A stretch of 64,000 bases of DNA from Plasmodiophora brassicae (lineage: Eukaryota): assembly GCA_036867785.1 (NCBI GenBank), contig CP145420.1, positions 868,001-932,000 of the forward strand, written 5' to 3'. Position numbers and translations under genes: made by a program. The notes under the pieces are model-generated. The model worked only from the letters and a program-made list of their open reading frames with translations, was not told the DNA's origin and did not search any database. This document shows, piece by piece, positions 34,668-47,484 of the stretch. Positions within the stretch are counted from its first letter, which is position 1. The number at the start of each line of letters is the position of its first letter.

Positions 34668-36863
34668 ATGACAATGACGATCGTGCCGCTGGGCGAACCG
34701 GTACCGGCGACGTTCGATCGGCGCGTTTCGCCGTTGAACGTGTGCCTGTGCACGCTGGTGATGCACTATGCGGAGGTGGCCGGCAGCTCGCTGGCGCGGG
34801 CGCTGCTGGACCTGACGCAGCGCAGCGCGGGCCCGTACGAGATGTCGCTTGGGGAATTGCGGCAGTGCCTAGTTCGACGAGGTCTCAGCGACGCCGAAGA
34901 ATACCTGTCGGACATCGTTGGCGGTGTCCAGTACCCAGACGACATCGTCGACCTGTTCGCCGACTTTGACCGGACGATCAACATCAGCACGTCGGAAAAC
35001 GAGTACAGCTCGCCGATCGTCAGTGGCACTGTGTCCATCCAGTCGTCGCATTGGTCTTACGCTTGCTAATGTAGCATCGGGCGTCGCCGTTCGGCGTGTT
35101 CCTCAGGGAGATTGTGCTGGCGTTCAATTTGCTTCCATTTTCGGGCGTCGCTCGACTCTTTGACGAGTTCGTCGCCTTCTGCGCACAAGATTCGGGCAAG
35201 CCAAAGCCGGCTACCCGATTATTGTCCCAGTACGTTCACGAGCAAATAGCTGCAATTCAAGGCAGGCGCTTGGTTGGTCCGGTTGACGTCCCCGAGCACT
35301 GAAACATCGCCCTTGTAGCGTCGATTGGCCATGCCTCGTATGGAGACACGGAGGACATGATCGGCAACTTGTTGGCAGCAGGGTGCGCTGATGCTATCCC
35401 TCAGATCCACTATCTTCGGTTCTTGAACTGCATGTACCACAAGGAATTTGCTGGTGCGGTTGCCAGCCTACACCGTTTCTTTGATCGCAGCGGATTGCTC
35501 GGCGGGTCTTCGCCGCAGAACCAGTATGCGCTTCTCAGCCTCTCTGTGCTGCACTATACCTTCAACAACACGTTGCTTGCAAAGCAGGTAGGTGCGGTTG
35601 CCCGCTCTTTCCGCACAGCCAAACCCAATGTTGGTACAGGCCCTGAACGAATGCACCAGAATCGCGCTGCAGTACAACGATTCGAATTGTTTGCTTCGCG
35701 CACTGTCAATGGCGTCCGCCATTGAAATGGACAGCTGCCAATCGGAAAAGGCTACTCGCCTGCTTCTGAGAAGTGTGTACCAGGTCATCGTTGATGGTGT
35801 CCATAACCCGAAGTAGGTCTTCGCGGTGATGCTTGCGGAACCCACTTTGCTCTGACATCCTTGTCAGTCGTGCGGCAATTGCAAGTCTCGATGCTGAGAA
35901 CTTCCTCAATGTAGCGTCACACCTTCTTCAGGGAGGTGACGCTTGTAACGTCGGTAGGTCCCCTTTCCTCCGCTCATTATCTCCCGCCGAGGTCACTAAT
36001 GCTGGGTTTTGACAGATTTCAAGGTCGTTTGGGATCGGCTGCACAGCAGCCTTCTCTGTTTGGATAACTTGTCGCATGCCGATCCGGAACACTACCTCGT
36101 GCAAACGAAACAGGACGGTGTCCGATCTGCAATCTGGCGTGCCATTTCCAATCGGGCTCTGGAAAGCATTTACCAGGATCGGCAACGCAATCGAGTACCA
36201 ACGGACACGCAGGTCCACAGCCTGAACGCAACGTGCAGTAAATCGGCGCCCTTCGAGACCGATTTCTGTCGCGTTCGGCGTCGAGTTGAAGACCTGCTGG
36301 ACGCGCGCTCTTTCAGTAATGCCCTGGCGGTGGCCGACTCTCTCCGGGAACAGTGCAATCGCCGGAGGGAACTATCGCTTCAAGCTGGCGCGAGTCTGAT
36401 GTGCATCCACATCCATCATCGTGCCCGTGCCGCTCTCCAATACGTTCATTTCCTATTGCAATGCGGATGCATTGCGACCCATATGCAATCACTGACGCTC
36501 AACCTCCTTGGCGCCATCAACACCGCCATGGTGCACCTGTCGATGGACGCCCCTGAACTCGCATTACGACTTCTGAAAGGCGCTATGCCCGATATTCTAG
36601 AGCAGCTGCCTCCTGACGACAAGGCCAGGGCCTTCATTCTCGTGGCGAAATGCTACATCCGCCTATCGCTGCAAGCGTCATCGGCATCGGCCTTTGACCG
36701 GGCGGTTCAGGTGCTCGCTGCTGCGCGGCAATGGTCTGACGCGCCCCGTCAGATGGAGATCGCGTACTACCTCGCCCTGGTATGGCATCACCTCGGGCGC
36801 CGGGACAAACGCGACCGATACGCTGCCGAATTCAACCAGCTCCGAGCCCTGTCATGCCGATAG
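34668..36863 (+). CDS. ANAPC5: Anaphase-promoting complex subunit 5
   Basis: GVFLREIVLAFNLLPFSGVARLF, IHYLRFLNCMYHKEFAGAVASLHRFFD, QYALLSLSVLH..ALNECTRIALQYND..CL and a TPR-like C-terminus. Confidence 0.88.
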
Positions 36864-36947
36864 TACACACACACAGACACATCTGGGATTAACACACGTT
36901 GCTAGGTGTATTTAATGGGGCGCGTTTGTCTTTCGGGTCGTCATCGA

Positions 36948-37520
36948 TTACCAGTGATTGCCGTCCTGGTGCGGGTCAAAGCTGGGGCCGCCGCTGCCGG
37001 TGGGACCTGTGAACGACCCGGTGCCAGGGTTGGGTCCACCGAACAGGCCACCGCCGGCGCCACCCATGCCTGAAGGACCGAATCCGCCGGGACCTCCTAC
37101 GCCGTCCTGGCTGCCGAAACCTCCAGGGCCGCCGAATCCGCCACCGCCGCCGCCCATGCCGCCAGCACCACCAGCGGAGCCGAACGGGTCAGATCCAGCG
37201 AAACCGCCGCCTCCACCTCGTCCACCACCGAACATTTGTTGCTGCTGCTCTCGCGGGACGCCTTTCACGTACTCGCCGAGCGGGCCGGTGACGTTCGACG
37301 CCCTGATCCGCCCGTCCTCGCCTTTCTCGACCTCGAACTCAACCTGCTCGCCTTCGGCCAGCGACCGGAACCCTTGGGCGTGGATCGCCGTCTGGTGCAC
37401 GAAGACGTCGTCGCCGCCGTCGTGCGGCGTTATGAACCCGAACCCTTTCGTGACGTTGAAGAACTTGACGATGCCGGACGAGCGGCTCATGTGGCGCACG
37501 GATCGACGCAGGGACAGCAT
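36948..37520 (-). CDS. Cold-shock domain, glycine-rich RNA-binding protein
   Basis: [44 protein letters not shown] followed by a Gly-rich tail. Confidence 0.93.
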   Translation of the reverse strand: MLSLRRSVRHMSRSSGIVKFFNVTKGFGFITPHDGGDDVFVHQTAIHAQGFRSLAEGEQVEFEVEKGEDGRIRASNVTGPLGEYVKGVPREQQQQMFGGGRGGGGGFAGSDPFGSAGGAGGMGGGGGGFGGPGGFGSQDGVGGPGGFGPSGMGGAGGGLFGGPNPGTGSFTGPTGSGGPSFDPHQDGNHW

Positions 37521-37942
37521 GGCGGGGCGATGCGAGACCGACGACGACGGCTACGACACTCGACGACGATCAGCGCAATCGCAAACTGACCGCTTGCGCA
37601 ATGCAGCAACCCCCGGGAAGATGCGGGCGTCCCCTTGCGGACTCCGCGACGGCGTTCGCGCCAGTCGCACCCCGCGCCGCCGCCTTAACCGGCCATCCCC
37701 GGCTTTTACGTTACACCGGCTACGCAGCCGCCAATGCGTTCCCGTGGTGTTGTTGCCCGGCCGGATCGGGTTTGCTTTGCGGCCGGTGCGACGGCGACTA
37801 CCTGCTGTGTATTGCAGGTGACGTTTTAAGCTCGCTGCGGCTTGCGCGATATGACCACGCCAGTCTTGCGTAGCAACATTCCAGAATGGAATGACGTTCT
37901 GCGTGTCGATCCGTCGTTCGAGTGCGTTCTCGAGTGTCTAGA

Positions 37943-38502
37943 ATGGGCGGGGCGACGACGATGACGTGCCATTGGTGTATGCGACAGGTTGGGCGAGCAG
38001 GATGAGCAACATCGTGAGCCAGGGCTGGTATGGGTTGTGGACATCGGGACGCGGCGACGTCCGCGCCTTGATTGGCCTGGTTGGCCTGCTGCAAGTCTTT
38101 GCGGCCGGGTTCGCGATTTCGTCATGGGTGGCGGCCGGTGCGATCATGAAGGCCGCCGGGTTCCAGTTCGCGCTCGTCTGGACATCGTTCCTCGTCATTG
38201 GTGTCGCCTTTGGCGTGGCGACCTTCGTCGTGCGGCCTGAGTTTCGCGCACACTGCACCATGGGCGCCATTGTTGCGTTGTCCGCGCTAATGGGCCAGGT
38301 CGGGCTGATTTCCGCCGTCCAATTCGCGAACACCACGGTCCAGTCGTTCACCGCCGTCTCCGTCTTCTCGGCGATCCTGGCCATCCTCTTCACGGCGACC
38401 GCCGCCCTCGTCTACCACCTGCGCCACGATATCGTCCCGGAACCCGCTCTCCGCGTCTCCGATCCTCTGCCCGCGATCCCATCCCCGCACGTCATCGTTT
38501 GA
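37943..38502 (+). CDS. Hypothetical 4-5 TM membrane protein (5' exons uncertain)
   Basis: Open frame with several hydrophobic helices; an AG acceptor near 37940 suggests upstream exons. Confidence 0.55.
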
Positions 38503-38885
38503 TCCTCGAATGGATCATCGCCCTGCGCTATTATTAGGTTCAGACCCGTCCGCCCGCAATCAGTAAACGGCAGCGCAGCAAAAGCATTCGCGAAAGGTAT
38601 CTGGTTTATTATTCCAATGGGGCGCCTGCGGCGCACGTCGTAGAAGAAACCCCGCGAACCTGCTCCGGACCGGGTACGCGGCGACGCGCCGGACAGCACG
38701 CCGCCTGCGTGGGCGGGGTGCGAGTGGGCCACCCGAGACGGCGCCGCCGCACAATTCAGCGCGGGAGGGGCGAAAGATTTTGCGGGCGATGGAGAGAAAC
38801 GTCGATCTTTTGGTCTGGGCAAATCTGGCTTGGGGCGCGCCGGCGCGGACGGCATTCCGATATCGACCGGCGGCGGCGCGCGACA

Positions 38886-39970
38886 ATGGGCGGGGGCGGC
38901 GCTCATCATGACCAGCAGGGGCCGTTCGGCGCCATGCACTTCGTCAAGGGCGCGCTGTCCGGCGGCATCTGCTGCGGGATCACGCACGGCGCCATGTGCC
39001 CGATCGACGTCGTCAAGACGCGGATCCAGCTCGAGCCGCAGACGTACAACCGGGGCATGATTGCAGCGTTCCGGCAAGTCGTCGCGAACGAAGGCGCCTC
39101 GGCGCTGGCCACTGGCCTGGGCCCGACCGCCGTCGGGTACTTCGTCCAGGGGTGGTTCAAGTTTGGCGGCGTCGAATTCTTCAAGGTGCAGGCCGCCGAC
39201 GCCCTCGGCGTCGAGCGCTCCTGGAACCTTCGTTTCCCAATCTACCTTGGCGCCGCCGCCGCCGCCGAATTCATTGCCGACATCTTCCTATGTCCGCTTG
39301 AGGTATGATCAGTCGAACCGTCGTCGTCGTCGTCGTCCAGCGCGCTCACTGCCGTCCGCCCCTCCACAGGCGACCAGAATTCGGCTCGTGTCCAACCCGA
39401 AGTACGCGTCCGGTTTGATGACGGCGTTCCCCAAGATCCTGAAGAACGAGGGCGTCATCAAGGGGTTCTACAGCGGGTTCGGCCCGATTCTGTTCAAGCA
39501 GATCCCGTACACGATGGCGAAGTTCGCCGTCCAGGGTTGGGCCGCCGAGAAGATCTACGTCGGCATGGTCCGTTTCGGCGCGTCGGTGCATGAGCGTCCC
39601 GTGCTGACGGATAGCGTTTCTGCAGAACAAGACGCCGACGGAATGCACCGACGGGCAGAACGTAGCCGTCAACCTCGGCTCAGGCGTTATCGCCGGTGTG
39701 GCGGCGGCCGTTATCTCTCACCCGGCCGACACGCTCCTGTCGCTGGTCAACAAGGAGGGTGCCGGAGGCACAGGCAGCATCGGCAGCCGCCTGTGGAACT
39801 TGGCGAAGGAGACCGGGTTCAAGAAACTGTGTGTGAATGGCCTCGGCGCGCGATGCATCATGATTGGTACCTTGACGGCCGGGCAGTTCGCCATCTTCGA
39901 CTACATCATGACCGTCACGGGTGCCACGAAGTTCCACTTCACGGACCCGAGCGGCGACGGGCACCATTAA
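38886..39970 (+). CDS. Mitochondrial phosphate carrier (SLC25A3/MIR1 family)
   Basis: [66 protein letters not shown] and SHPADTLLS; 2 introns. Confidence 0.95.
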
Positions 39971-40300
39971 GCGCATGGGGTCGCTGGGCCATCGCGATCG
40001 GTTCCCCGCGCGCCTGCATTATCATCACTGTCCTAATACAACCCCCAGTGCACACATCGGCGGGGGCGACGTGCGCAGACCCTGCCGTCTGCCGTGATCC
40101 CGGGCAGGAGCGCGCGTACGTTGACTCACATCGAGTTCCCCGCGTTGACTCACGTCCTCTGAATATGTGCCCCTTCGCCTGGGCCGTATCTTCTGCCCTC
40201 AAAACGACAACTCGATACGTTATTCAAAGACGGCGTCCGCTCCCCAGGTCACCCGGGCAAGCACGAAGTCCCTCGCGACGCAGGGAACGGACTGTCGTTC

Positions 40301-40807
40301 ATGTGCGGTCGCTTCACCAGCTTCATCGTCGTCCCAGTAGTGCTAGCGGTAATTGGGTTCTCGATCTATGTCGCGGCGACCTATAAGCCGACGGCTGCCC
40401 GCCCGGAAGACTCGCCGTACGCTATGGACGAGGAGAACTGGTCGGGCACCAACCTAGTGTCCGCCCGGTTCCATCCGGATCGCGCCAGCCCGGTCCAAAT
40501 TCAAGGCGTGATGATCGCCCGGGATTCCCCCGACCACGGGCAGTACCTTCGCTTCGAGAACGTGAAGGTGGATGGCGGCGACCCGCCAAACATGGTCCTG
40601 TTCCTCACGGGAGCGTCGTTCCCCGTTGCTCCGACCGGAGACGTCGTGTCGCCTGTCGAGCTCGACGGCACACCCGATGGGCTGTTCTTCAAGACGGGAT
40701 CCTTCAACCAGCCGCTCAACTTCGAGTTCAGCCCGGCCCGCTACCACGGGGCGATTCTCTGGGACATGGACCAGAACGTGCTCGTGGCGAATGCGTCGTT
40801 CGAATGA
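40301..40807 (+). CDS. Membrane-anchored DM13-domain-like protein
   Basis: N-terminal TM, then [30 protein letters not shown]. Spacing resembles DM13 but the usual WC cysteine is Asp. Confidence 0.6.
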   Translation: MCGRFTSFIVVPVVLAVIGFSIYVAATYKPTAARPEDSPYAMDEENWSGTNLVSARFHPDRASPVQIQGVMIARDSPDHGQYLRFENVKVDGGDPPNMVLFLTGASFPVAPTGDVVSPVELDGTPDGLFFKTGSFNQPLNFEFSPARYHGAILWDMDQNVLVANASFE

Positions 40808-40914
40808 TGACGACAACCTGCTCATATATAAACCTGTGGACACTTTCGTTTATTAGCAGCGCAAGTGCCCCCAGAGACGGGGAGGGGCACAAAGGTCGCG
40901 CGATTCGTAACGCT

Positions 40915-41854
40915 CTACAATCCTTGGATGGACAGGAAGTCGGCACGTCCATCGCTGACAGCCGGCGATTGCTGGCCGGAGCTGATATGCCGGCGGCCGC
41001 GTACGACATACGTGCCGAGGCGAACGACAACGCCGCCCACCAATGCAGAGATGGCGTACATGCTGGCCGTCTGGACGAGGGACGCCGCCTGGACCTTTGC
41101 TTCGATGGACATTGCGATCAGGCCCCAGAGAGCGCCGACCACGTAGACGACGTCGGTGGCGACCGACAAGGCCAGGAGCCCGAGAACGGTGACGACGCCG
41201 ATGGCGATCTCGGCGTCGAGGTCGGTGAAGACCTTGTGCTCGCTGACGACCACTGCCGCGTTCGTGCACGCGAGCACCGTCACCCAACCAAAGTACAGCG
41301 AGAACGGGGACAGGACGGTCAGGACGTTCTACACGACGGCGCATCAGCCACGTCAGACAATTCGGGGGCATGGACGGATGATGCAGGACGCACCAGGACG
41401 GACGAGCGCACAGGCTTGAACACGCGCGTGCAGGTCCAGATAGCGAGCAGCGACGCCCACAGCGCGGCAATGACGATCAACGCGAAGGAGACGTAGTCAT
41501 TGGAGATGAGGATGAACCATCCGGCGTTGAGGAAACATGTGACGGGGAACAGGATGTCCAGGTCTACGACGACAAGTCAGTCGAGGTGCGGGCGAATCGG
41601 GTCCCCGAACGAGACCTACCCAGGCGACGATCCGTGGTCCAGAGGAACCTGGTGGCGAACGCCAGCAGGAGAAGATAGACGGCACCCCAGGCGTACGCGA
41701 ACGAATACGACGCCAGCGAGATCGGCGTCGGGTGCCGGTCGGCGACATTGGCGGCCGCGTTCGGGAAGACGGACGACGTCCGGGTGATGGCCAGGCCGTT
41801 GACGGCGAGCATGCCGGCGAACACGACGAGGTTGACGATCGCCGGCCAGGACAT
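40915..41854 (-). CDS. TspO/tryptophan-rich sensory protein-like membrane protein
   Basis: VNGLA..ADRHPTPISLASYSFAYAWGAVY, FLNAGW and PFSLYFGWVTV motifs with multiple TM helices; 2 introns. Confidence 0.65.
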
Positions 41855-42095
41855 TGCGGCGCCCGGGCCACCGCACGGCTTCCCCAGCGCCATTCGGGGC
41901 AACAGCAATTCGTGTTATCGACAGCGGCAGCACGCCGGCGGCGACGTTCCGCTGTGTGACCGACTGGCGACGCGATGTCGTTCCGCCCAATGCGCTGCCC
42001 CTGCCGTTACAGCCGCGGGCGCTGTCGGCACACACAGCGCGCCGAAACGCGACGACTGGGGCGGGGGCAGCAGAGACATTCATTCGTGGCGCTGT

Positions 42096-42686
42096 TTACA
42101 GAAGTTTCAGGTGGCCGGTGATCTGGTCGACGGCGTCCTTCGGGGCGGGGCCGATGGCGAGGACGGTGGCGGACCCGGCGGCGACCTGCGTCCGGCCGGC
42201 ATCGTGGACGACGTAGGTGCAGAGGCCTGCCGCGTCGGCCTTGGCCTTCAGGGCCATCCTGCGCGCGCGCCCTCATCAGTCGGTAGTACAGGGATGGCGA
42301 ATGCGTCGTTGCCTACATGTCCTCCTCGTCAGGGACCTGAAGCGCGATTTTGGCCTGGCCGAACGTCTCCCAGGCCCAGAGCGCATCGGGGAAGTGCTTG
42401 ACGGCTCGTCTATACGCGCCAAGTGTGGCGTGCGCGCACTGTGCTGTACCGGGACTGAGGACCCGGTACGCGCAGGCACATCAGCGCGACACCGACCACA
42501 TTGCTTGCCCTTGTCCATTCGCAGGTCCTTGCGAACCAGCAGCACCATCTGGCACCTGCTGAATTTCATCGAACGATACGACGGCGGCGGCGCTGCCCAT
42601 CTGCCCCTGGACCATCGCCCCAGGCAAAACCCGGCGATGACGGACCCGATGCCGACAGAGACGGTCGTCAGCGTCGTCGGATCCAT
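42096..42686 (-). CDS. PTH2: Peptidyl-tRNA hydrolase 2
   Basis: [30 protein letters not shown] and [32 protein letters not shown]. Confidence 0.93.
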
Positions 42687-42788
42687 GTTCGACCGCCCTG
42701 CGCAGTCCGTTGGCACTACACTGGACGGGCGGCTCAGTGCGGTGCGGCCGTGTTCCAAGTCTGGCCGTCAAGCGCAGTCGTTGCTAAT

Positions 42789-42842
42789 CGTGGCGCCATG
42801 ACGACCAACGTGGCGCCATGACGACCAACGTGGCACCATGGC
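42789..42842. repeat. 20-bp tandem repeat (about 2.7 copies) in a divergent intergenic region
   Basis: CGTGGCGCCATGACGACCAA twice, followed by CGTGGCACCATG. Confidence 0.8.
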
Positions 42843-43009
42843 GCGCTTGCTGTGGTCGCCCGGTTCCTCAATCTGGCCCAGTCCTTCCCACAGCGAAACT
42901 GGTGGGAATATCGCGGACCTATTGACCCGAACCTTGATCGAACCGCTCGAAACAAATCTGCCGTTCGGATCGGAACCCGACGACCTATTGGGCTAAACGA
43001 CAGCATCGG

Positions 43010-44146
43010 ATGCCGCGCACGAAGTACGACGAGCTACTCGACCGGCCGAAGGGTGGCCTGGAATACAACCCGGAGCAGACGTTCGCGCTGCACGTGTTCT
43101 GGGTGGTGCGGTCGCGCCGGGCGGCCATGGAGATGGTGGCGCGTGGGTTTCGCCCGTGCGCCGCCGCCACCGAACGCGACACGCCGACAACGCTAGCGTA
43201 CCTGTTCCGCGTGGCTCACGATCAGCGGCTGGCGGAGCGGGTGCGCGCCAACGTCAAGACCATCGGTGACCACCCGCACTACTCGCCGGCGATACGCCAG
43301 ATGCAGATGGGCATTCCTCGCGCCGCCGTCGAACTCAAACTGAGGCAAGGCGGCATCGACATCGGACCGCTGGCGTCCAGCCCCGATCAGGCGCTCGACG
43401 CCGACGCCCTCGACTTCGACCCGGTCGTCCTCGAGTGCACCGAGGTCTACCTGGACCGGCGCAGCTTCTACGAGCACGCCGCATCCCGCGACTGGATGAA
43501 GCACTCCGCGGAGATTCTGCAGCCGGCCCGGTCACTGCAGGCGACGACGCACTGCGTCGGCGCACCCGGCGATGTCTGGGACAAGGCCCTCGAGGGGTAC
43601 CTGAAGGCGGTTCGGTTCGACATCAACCCGGGCCCCGTCGTGTCCGCCATGAGACCCGGCGTGTTCGTCGGCGACGCCGTCGCAGTGGGCGCGCCAGCAG
43701 TACCGTGGGGGTTCCTGGAGGTCGACGCCGGCGCTGAACCGCAGCAATGGCGAGTGATTCGCCAGGAATTCGACTCGCTGCAGACGGACCTGCAGGCACG
43801 CCTGATGGTCGTCGTGCCGACGTCGTCGCCCGACGACTCAGAGTCGCTGTCGTGCCCGGGCGCTCGCGTGATGGTGTCGTTCGCCTTGCGGGATGGCGTT
43901 CAGACGCGCGCGTTCAGCACGATCCGAAACGGGTGCCGCACCTGGCTCGCCCGGCTGATCGTCTTCGGAACGGGCAGCGTCGACGCGGGCCGTGCCCTCC
44001 TGGATCGGTCCGACGCCGCCGCCGCCGAGCTGGTCACCGTGCTCGATGGCGACGCCGCCCGATCCGAACACATCCTGGCCGGATACCCCGTCCATCCCCT
44101 GCATCACGGCCTCGTCAGCGACCCGAAGTTTGACTATCGTTTATGA
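43010..44146 (+). CDS. Intronless hypothetical protein, possible ABM-like (dimeric alpha-beta barrel) fold
   Basis: 378-aa ORF with strong GC3 bias; DTPTTLAYLF..TEVYLD..FYEH resembles ABM-type domains. Confidence 0.7.
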   Translation: MPRTKYDELLDRPKGGLEYNPEQTFALHVFWVVRSRRAAMEMVARGFRPCAAATERDTPTTLAYLFRVAHDQRLAERVRANVKTIGDHPHYSPAIRQMQMGIPRAAVELKLRQGGIDIGPLASSPDQALDADALDFDPVVLECTEVYLDRRSFYEHAASRDWMKHSAEILQPARSLQATTHCVGAPGDVWDKALEGYLKAVRFDINPGPVVSAMRPGVFVGDAVAVGAPAVPWGFLEVDAGAEPQQWRVIRQEFDSLQTDLQARLMVVVPTSSPDDSESLSCPGARVMVSFALRDGVQTRAFSTIRNGCRTWLARLIVFGTGSVDAGRALLDRSDAAAAELVTVLDGDAARSEHILAGYPVHPLHHGLVSDPKFDYRL

Positions 44147-44264
44147 ACGTTGCGTTGTCGCGTCGAGCAGAAGAAACGCGGCGGACGGCATTTTGCAATA
44201 GCCGACGACCGCACGCGGCGCAGTCCATTTTGCGTCGGGCGGCGGCGGCGTTGCGGTGACGGCG

Positions 44265-45414
44265 ATGTCGTTCGGGAGAGCGACGTGGGCCATCGCGGTC
44301 GTTCTGGCGGTCGGCATCGGAGCCGTCGTGGCTGACGACACGACGACGCCGGCGAAACGGGTTCACACGCTTCGCGACCAGCTGAGGAATGTGTCGGTCG
44401 GGTGGCCGGAGGCCGTCGCGGCCCTTGCCATCGTCGCGTTCGTCTACGTTTACCTGGGCGGGTCGCGTGAGAACGAGTCCATCGCCGACGCGTGGTTTAA
44501 CGTCGTCCGTCCAACCTTGGATCTGCAGTTCGCGAAGGTAGGCGCGTATCAGGGCCCGCCCCGGGACCGGCCCCTTATCAAGGACAGCTGCTTCTCCTAC
44601 CGGGTGTACTCGTCCGGCAGGCGAAATTGCAGCGGACTTCTAGCCTCCCTTGAGCTCCGGAAGCGCCAGGATCTCCTGTCCATTGTGCTATCGTCGCTGG
44701 GTGTCATCACCTCGCAGGACAAGTGCACAATCGAGATCCCGCTGGAGGCCTCGACGATGGAACCCTTCGTGCTCCTCCTTTGTCGGCGCCGGGATGAGAA
44801 ACGCGTGCGCAAGACGTACTCGGATGTCGAACAGTTCGCGGTTCGTGCCTCGCAGCCCGCTGCGCTGAAATCCATTGGCATCACCGTCCTGGCTGATACA
44901 CCCGAAGTCGTTAGCGAACTTCTCGATCAGCGCGTCCTGAAAGGTCAGTCAGTTGGTCTGCTGGTTATGCGGTGACCGAGGATTGAATCGAACGTGTGCA
45001 GTCCTCACCGAACATCGAGATCTGTTCGTCTCGTTGTACATCTCGGATCAGTCGACGTATCCGATGGCGTTGTCACCCGCATCGTTACGCATGGATTTCC
45101 TGCTGCCGAAGACGCGCAGCATTGAACGTGTTCGTCGGCTAGTGGAAATGTCGGTCTTCCTCATCGACCAGGTCGCGTCCCTGAAGCTGTCCGCGGTGGC
45201 GAAGAGCCGCGCGACGGCTGCTCGTGCCAAAGTCGCCCAAGCCCAGTACCGCCTGACGCACGAAGAACGTCAACAGCAGGTCATGCAGCGCAAAATCGAG
45301 GCGCTCGAGAAGGAGCGTGACGGCCTGTCGGGCGAGGCGCTCAAGAAGTTCGAGCAGCGGCAAGAGAAACTGGCGATGAAGCGCAGGGGGCCGAAGATGA
45401 AGATCATGCGGTGA
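44265..45414 (+). CDS. CCDC47: PAT complex subunit CCDC47 (DUF1682)
   Basis: Signal peptide, TM, G..EN..IA.AW, YSSGRRNC..LELRKRQDLL and a basic coiled-coil C-terminus ending PKMKIMR. Confidence 0.88.
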
Positions 45415-45564
45415 TGTTGCATAACAGTAGTACAGCGATCTACCCTTCGGGCCCTGCCAAACCAAGCGCCGCACTTAAACGCTTAGCACAGCAGAAACGC
45501 TGAGAAGGTCACACAGCTCGGCCGGTTGATCGCACCGTACGTGCACGCTCCGATCGCCGTCCCT

Positions 45565-45905
45565 ATGAAGAAGGTCGTCGCTAGGCTGCGTCGCTTGGTA
45601 ACCGGGGAAGACTACGCGCGACTCATCCTTCTCGAGCGGAACTCGTCGGGTTACGTCCCAAGCAAGGTAACGTAGTCGTGATGGAGATCGAACACTAAGT
45701 CGGCAGGGTCGACGTGCCGCATGTTACATCGACGGTTGGAAAGGCAAGTGCTTCCTCGTCTACAAGAAACGGGAACGACGTTCGCGACCGCCAGTTTCGT
45801 CGCCATAAAGTGCCTCTGCAGGTCTTCCAACTTAAAATCACGTTGGCACGTACGGCTGCACACCACCACATCAAGCACAGCAATAGCATCATTTTCTCCC
45901 AATGA
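45565..45905 (+). CDS. Possible small hypothetical protein (2 exons)
   Basis: ATG frame MKKVVARLRRL...PSK with a GTAACG donor and a downstream open frame to the stop at 45905. Confidence 0.3.
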
Positions 45906-45930
45906 AGATCCTGCATTGTACTTTCATTCG

Positions 45931-47484
45931 TTACGCTCGTGGAGCGGAATACAAGTTCAGATGGCGGTCGAGCGAGACGGACGCAATGAACTGGGCGTTC
46001 GCACCGAAGCACGCGCCGGTGATGTCCTTCTCGTGGCCCTCAAGCTCCACCAGCGGTGTCCACTGCTTGGCGACTTCGATGACGCGAACCGAGTCGCCCG
46101 CTATGGCCAAGTAGTGCCCCGTATGGTCGAATCGGACCGAGTGAATGTAGCTCTGGGAGGCAAACGCGTGCACCGCCTTCAGCTTGCGCAGGTCCCAGAT
46201 CTTGGCGCTGCCGTCACCGTCACCCGCAGCCATGTAGTACCCATTCTCACTGAACGCCAGACTCGTAATTTTCCCAGAGTGCCCCTACACGACGATCAGT
46301 GGCCCGTCCCTAGCTAGTACGTAATAGTACCTCGAACGGCTGGACAGCAATCTTGTTCTCCCGAGGGTCCCAGATGACCAGCTTGGAATCCGTTGTCCCT
46401 GTCGCAAACAGAGTCCCGTCGGGATGGAAGGCGCCGCACGTGTACCCAGCAGTTCCATCAGCGAACTTGTGGACGACCTTGGACTCGTCCACGTCCAGCA
46501 ATGCCCATGACGCATCGACGGACGTGGTCGCCAGATGACGACCCATGCCATGGAACGCGACACCCGTGCATGCGCCCCCGTGCAACTCTCCAAACGCAGC
46601 AGCTTCCTTGAACTTGTCGTCACCTTTCCAGATCCGAAGAGCACCGTCTTCGCTGCCAGACGCAATGACGCGCTCGACATTGTGCAATGCCACGGCGAGA
46701 ACCTATCCACGTTTGAGCCACATCGACGGGGATAACCATACATCAAATCTACCTTTCTCTCGTGACCTTTGAGCGTGTCGCGAACCTTCTCAGACGACGC
46801 GTCAAAGACAACAACACGGGCGTCGACGCCACCAGTGACGATCAGCGATGGGTCGACAGCGTGCGCGTCAACACACATGATTCCGGGCTTGCTGACAAGG
46901 TGAAGGGCATGTGACGACGTTTTCTCATAGGTCCCGATCTGCTCCTTGGTTGCCAAACTCTCTGGCGGCGATCGGAACGCCTCTTTGCGACCAGCAGACA
47001 CCTTCTCGCTGTACACCTGCCACGATTTGGCAAGTTCGGAGGGAACGACAGGCGCTCCTGCTGCTGCGGGCTCCTCAACAATATCCATTTGAGCCGAGGG
47101 CGAGCGTGCGGTATCGCGCTCGGCTTTCAGCCTGGCGATAACGCGACAGGCGGCATCGTAGCGGTACAGCGCGTGGCTCAGTTCTTGACGCGTAGAATGA
47201 AGCTGCTTCCGTAGAGAGTACGTCTCCAGCATCAGGGCGTCCCATTCGTCCTGGAACGTGTTGATCAACGCCGGTAGAGAGTTCGCCGTCGGCCGCGGCC
47301 GGACAATCGGGTTGGCCGTCTTCACGGCGATGATGTCCGTGTCGGGAGACATGTCCTCGCCGGAGACCGGGTCCTGGCCCGTCCGCTCCAGGTGCTTCAT
47401 CAGCAGCGACCGCTCGAAGACGTGCCCGGACTTGACGCTGATGACGGGATCGCGCGCCACATCGCCGCTCAACGAGCACAACAT
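45931..47484 (-). CDS. PRP19: Pre-mRNA-processing factor 19 (U-box, coiled coil, WD40)
   Basis: MLCSLSG..PVISVKSGHVFERSL, FQDEWDALMLETY..RQELSHALY.YDAACRVIARL and WD40 repeats. Confidence 0.96.

Noticed and set aside
36958-37821. 287-aa proline-rich plus-strand ORF (extensin/formin-like)
   Set aside because: It is the antisense shadow of the Gly-rich cold-shock gene.
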